A program made the position numbers and the translations under genes. The notes under the pieces are model-generated. The model saw only the letters and a list, made by a program, of their open reading frames with translations. It made no database searches and was not told the DNA's origin. From NCBI GenBank assembly GCA_036338435.1, contig JAYZCG010000040.1:13784-77783 (forward strand): DNA of 64,000 nucleotides, written 5' to 3'. Below are positions 62,985 through 64,000 of the stretch, piece after piece. The DNA is from Acidobacteriota bacterium. GTDB taxonomy: Bacteria; Acidobacteriota; UBA6911; RPQK01; JADFOI01. How positions within the stretch are numbered: position 1 is the first letter of the stretch; each line of letters opens with the position of its first letter.

Positions 62985-63947
62985 ATGACATCTATCTTAT
63001 CTGTCGGATCAGTTGCCTATGATTCAGTGAAGACTCCCTTCGGGGAGGTGGAGGAGGTGTTGGGAGGTTCTGCAACCTATTTCAGTATTTCGGCTAGTTT
63101 TTTTTCCAACATAGATCTAGTGGCTTGTGTCGGAAAAGATTTTCGGAAACAGGATGTAGAGCTTCTAGAGTCCAGAGATATAAATTTAGAAGGACTTGAA
63201 TATATGGATGGTCAGACCTTTCGTTGGAAAGGGGAGTATGGACATGATTTGAATGAGGCACTGACATTAGACACTCAGCTTAATGTGTTCGCTGATTTTC
63301 ATCCTACACTTTCCAACAGGCACCAAAATGCCCGTTATGTATTCCTTGGAAACATCGATCCTGCTCTTCAGCATCAGGTTCTCTCCCAGGTTGAAGCTCC
63401 TCAATTAGTAGTCTGTGACACCATGAATTATTGGATAGAAGGGCATTGGGACACTCTTCTAGAGACATTAAAGCTGGTGGACATTCTCTTGGTCAATGAA
63501 TCGGAGGCCAAACAACTAGCTCAGGAGACCAATTTGGTAAAAGGGGCACGGAAGATTCTCACTTGGGGGCCCAAGATACTAGTGGTTAAGCGTGGTGAGT
63601 ATGGCGTGTTGATGTTTTATATGGATTCAGAGGAGACGTGTCCTGACGGCCAATTGTCCAGTGAAACTAGTCCAGTGATTTTTGGGGCACCTGCTTATCC
63701 TCTTGAACAAGTATTTGATCCTACTGGAGCTGGAGACAGTTTTGCAGGAGGTTTTGTAGGATATTTGGCGGGTGTGGACCGAAACGATGTACAAGCCACC
63801 CGGCAGGCTATAATTTTCGGGTCAGTGATGGCCAGTTTTTGTGTGGAGAGATTTTCTCTTGAGCGACTTAGGGAACTCACTTTTACTGAGATTGAGATGC
63901 GCTACAGGGAGTTTAGGGAAATGACTTATTTTGAAGATATTGCCTAG
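62985..63947 (+). CDS. PfkB family carbohydrate/nucleoside kinase
   Basis: Ribokinase-like fold with the GAGDSFAGG anion-hole motif. 320 aa. Confidence 0.7.
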   Translation: MTSILSVGSVAYDSVKTPFGEVEEVLGGSATYFSISASFFSNIDLVACVGKDFRKQDVELLESRDINLEGLEYMDGQTFRWKGEYGHDLNEALTLDTQLNVFADFHPTLSNRHQNARYVFLGNIDPALQHQVLSQVEAPQLVVCDTMNYWIEGHWDTLLETLKLVDILLVNESEAKQLAQETNLVKGARKILTWGPKILVVKRGEYGVLMFYMDSEETCPDGQLSSETSPVIFGAPAYPLEQVFDPTGAGDSFAGGFVGYLAGVDRNDVQATRQAIIFGSVMASFCVERFSLERLRELTFTEIEMRYREFREMTYFEDIA

Positions 63948-64000
63948 GCTTTTATACCCTTTGAGAACAATGGACTGCGGATAATACCTACAATCCAATC

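Overview
The window is a 64-kb chromosomal stretch from a Gram-negative bacterium, about 47% GC, with dense, mostly co-directional coding. Taxon cannot be assigned from sequence alone; several housekeeping proteins look Nitrospirota-like, but that is only an impression. The first ~30 kb is core metabolism and envelope biogenesis. It opens with lysine biosynthesis and TCA genes (dapF partial, an M20 deacylase candidate, icd, mdh, lysA). Next comes an LPS/O-antigen block: UDP-GlcNAc 6-dehydrogenase and 4-epimerase (WbpA/WbpP- or TviB/TviC-like), an O-antigen ligase-like protein, GT4 and GT2 transferases and a Kdo/WaaP-family kinase. A Rieske protein and a bacilliredoxin-rhodanese fusion follow. 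Then a long housekeeping run: mtnA, tsaD, msbA-like ABC exporter, yicC, gmk, rpoZ, coaBC, era, a family-4 UDG and priA. After that a compact Kdo block (kdsB, pyrG, kdsA, kdsD, kdsC) ends at tRNA-Gly(CCC). Downstream of the tRNA the content becomes accessory. It begins with an 807-aa secreted amidase-signature enzyme followed by tandem tiny single-TM peptide genes. A modABC operon sits behind an XRE-PBP-type regulator with a perfect 14-7-14 palindromic operator. Two paralogous exported amidohydrolase-3 enzymes, a Tat-exported dienelactone hydrolase, SDR, GNAT, methyltransferase and TPR genes and two sodium:solute symporters follow. There is a minus-strand catabolic-looking operon (DUF3311, SSS symporter, amidohydrolase, UbiD decarboxylase, SdhA-like flavoprotein, a 2Fe-2S-only SdhB fragment and a PhtD/NMT1-like protein). 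The window ends with a meaB, methylmalonyl-CoA epimerase, MBL hydrolase, mtnP and PfkB kinase operon. I saw no CRISPR arrays, rRNA, transposases or integrases.
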